The translations under genes were made by a program, and so were the position numbers. Under the pieces are notes generated by a model. That model was not told the origin of the DNA. It ran no database searches and worked only from the letters and a program-made list of their open reading frames with translations. A stretch of 63,935 bases of DNA, counting the filler, from Octopus bimaculoides (taxonomy: Eukaryota), in assembly GCF_001194135.2 (NCBI RefSeq). It is 10 parts of 10 records of this genome, joined end to end, with 100 filler letters (N's around TTAATTAATTAA, not from the genome) between each part and the next. Parts side by side here need not be neighbours in the genome. Positions count along the whole stretch, not along the records: positions 62,699 to 63,935 come from NW_026313966.1; 9 more parts are not named here. One strand, written 5' to 3'. Of the stretch, positions 62,699 through 63,935 are shown piece by piece (positions within the stretch are counted from its first letter, which is position 1; each line of letters starts with the position of its first letter).

Positions 62699-63636
62699 CT
62701 GCTGATAAACCAGGATTTGACCGAAAAAGAAGTGTGCGGACCCTCAGCTTAACAAATGTACCAGAGAAAAGATACTGCGAAATCCTCGTCGTTCCGCCAG
62801 AAAACAGGCCACCGGAGCAAAAAGAAGCAGAACATCGATGTATCTGAAGGAGGATCTTGGGACCCACCCCTACAAGATTATCAACCAGCATGAACCCACG
62901 CAAGTTTATAAGGCCATGAGACTGGAAAGACGTCGTTTTATCCTGCCTTAGATTGCTGCCCAACCTGGAGTTCACTGATAAAATGAAATTTGACATCAAA
63001 CAAACAGTAAACCACCAGAATGACCGAATGTGGCGTGTATCTGGCTTCGTCAAGGGTAGACGCATAAATCGACCGCAAAATCTAGTTAGTGGTTTGAGCG
63101 GCTGTGGCAGCCACTGGAACATCTCACCTCGTTTTGTGCCTTCGTATGTTAAAATTAAGATCCAGCGATACATTAGCGACATTCTGGAAGCTGAACTGCT
63201 TCCACAGTTTAATGAGCACTTTCAAAGCACACCTTGGATCTTCCAACAGGACTAGGCACCAACAGCGCCAAACAGACACAACACTGGATTCAGTAAAAAA
63301 TTTCGTCGTTCATAGACAAGGATTTATGCCCCTCAAGAAACCCCGACTTCAACCATTGAATTGTTTTGTTTGGTCCACTCCTGATACTTCGCTTGACGCT
63401 TTGAAGGTAAAATTGCGCCGAGAATGTATTTCGATACCGCAAGAACAACTGCGTGCCTCAGGTGAAGCATTAACAGCTAGACTTCTTGCTGTGATTCGAA
63501 ACAGAGGCAGTCATGTCCAATAAATGTGGTAGTATTTCCTCTACCATTGCATTGCAACGCTCAGCCTCGAAATATAACAATACTTTGCTTTGGCAAAATT
63601 GAAAAATATTCGTAGCCTTAATTTTGCGACACGGTG
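62699..63636 (+). mobile_element. maT/DD37D-like Tc1/mariner transposon, decayed; 5' end in a gap
   Basis: REKILRNPRRSARK; LKEDLGTHPYKI; FTDKMKFDIKQTVNHQNDRMW; VFVPSYVK...RYISDILEAELLP...PWIFQQD*; PQEQLRASGEALTARLLAVIRNRGSHVQ*. The 3' TIR ends GCCTTAATTTTGCGACACGGTG followed by TA (63637-63638). Confidence 0.9.
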
Positions 63637-63650
63637 TATATATATATATA

Positions 63651-63935
63651 AGCGTAGGCGTAGCTGCGTGGTAAGAAGATTTTTTCCCAACCAAATGTCT
63701 CCAGATTCAGTTTCACAGCATGCTACGTTGGGCAAGCCCATCGTATACATATGTCTGCATGTGTGTGTGTGTGTGTGTGTATTTATCTATGTGTATGTGC
63801 CTTTGTGACTGTGTTTGTTCCTCCTCCACATCACCGCTTGACAACTGGTGTTGGCGTGTTTACGTCAATGTAACTTAGCAGATCGGCAAAACTTTATGGA
63901 ATAAGATCTAGGCTTAAAAAGTAAGTCCCGGTATA
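63651..63935 (+). mobile_element. SINE family A (truncated by the window edge)
   Basis: GCGTAGGCGTAGCTGCGTGGTAAGAAG head, a (GT)n core, then CGCTTGACAACTGGTGTTGGCGTGTTTACGTC. Confidence 0.8.

Overview
This is non-coding, repeat-saturated animal genomic DNA from a draft short-read assembly with many N gaps. It is probably a coleoid cephalopod (Octopus), inferred from the SINE families and the very high microsatellite density. No intact host gene, rRNA, true tRNA or CRISPR array is supported. Most listed ORFs are artefacts of N runs and simple repeats. The recognisable content is decayed mobile DNA: (1) three tRNA-headed SINE families, at least 20 copies, several forming nearby inverted pairs; (2) non-LTR retrotransposon fragments (three R4/Dong-like, one HERO-like, two CR1/L2-like, RTE 5' and 3' ends); (3) Penelope-like element fragments (one GIY-YIG endonuclease, two RT pieces); (4) three Tc1/mariner transposase relics (a DD36E Tc1, a rosa/DD41D-like element and a maT/DD37D-like element); (5) mariner, hAT and piggyBac-type MITEs; (6) one probable solo LTR. 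The most interesting signals are a set of minimal hammerhead-ribozyme-like motifs (best at 33002-33047, one substitution from the canonical core), the DD36E transposon, R4/Dong fragments joined to trinucleotide microsatellites, an Asn/Ser-rich microsatellite ORF reading in frame into a Penelope GIY-YIG domain, and a candidate minus-strand promoter and first coding exon near 50.6-51.5 kb. All family assignments come from manual motif recognition, not database searches.
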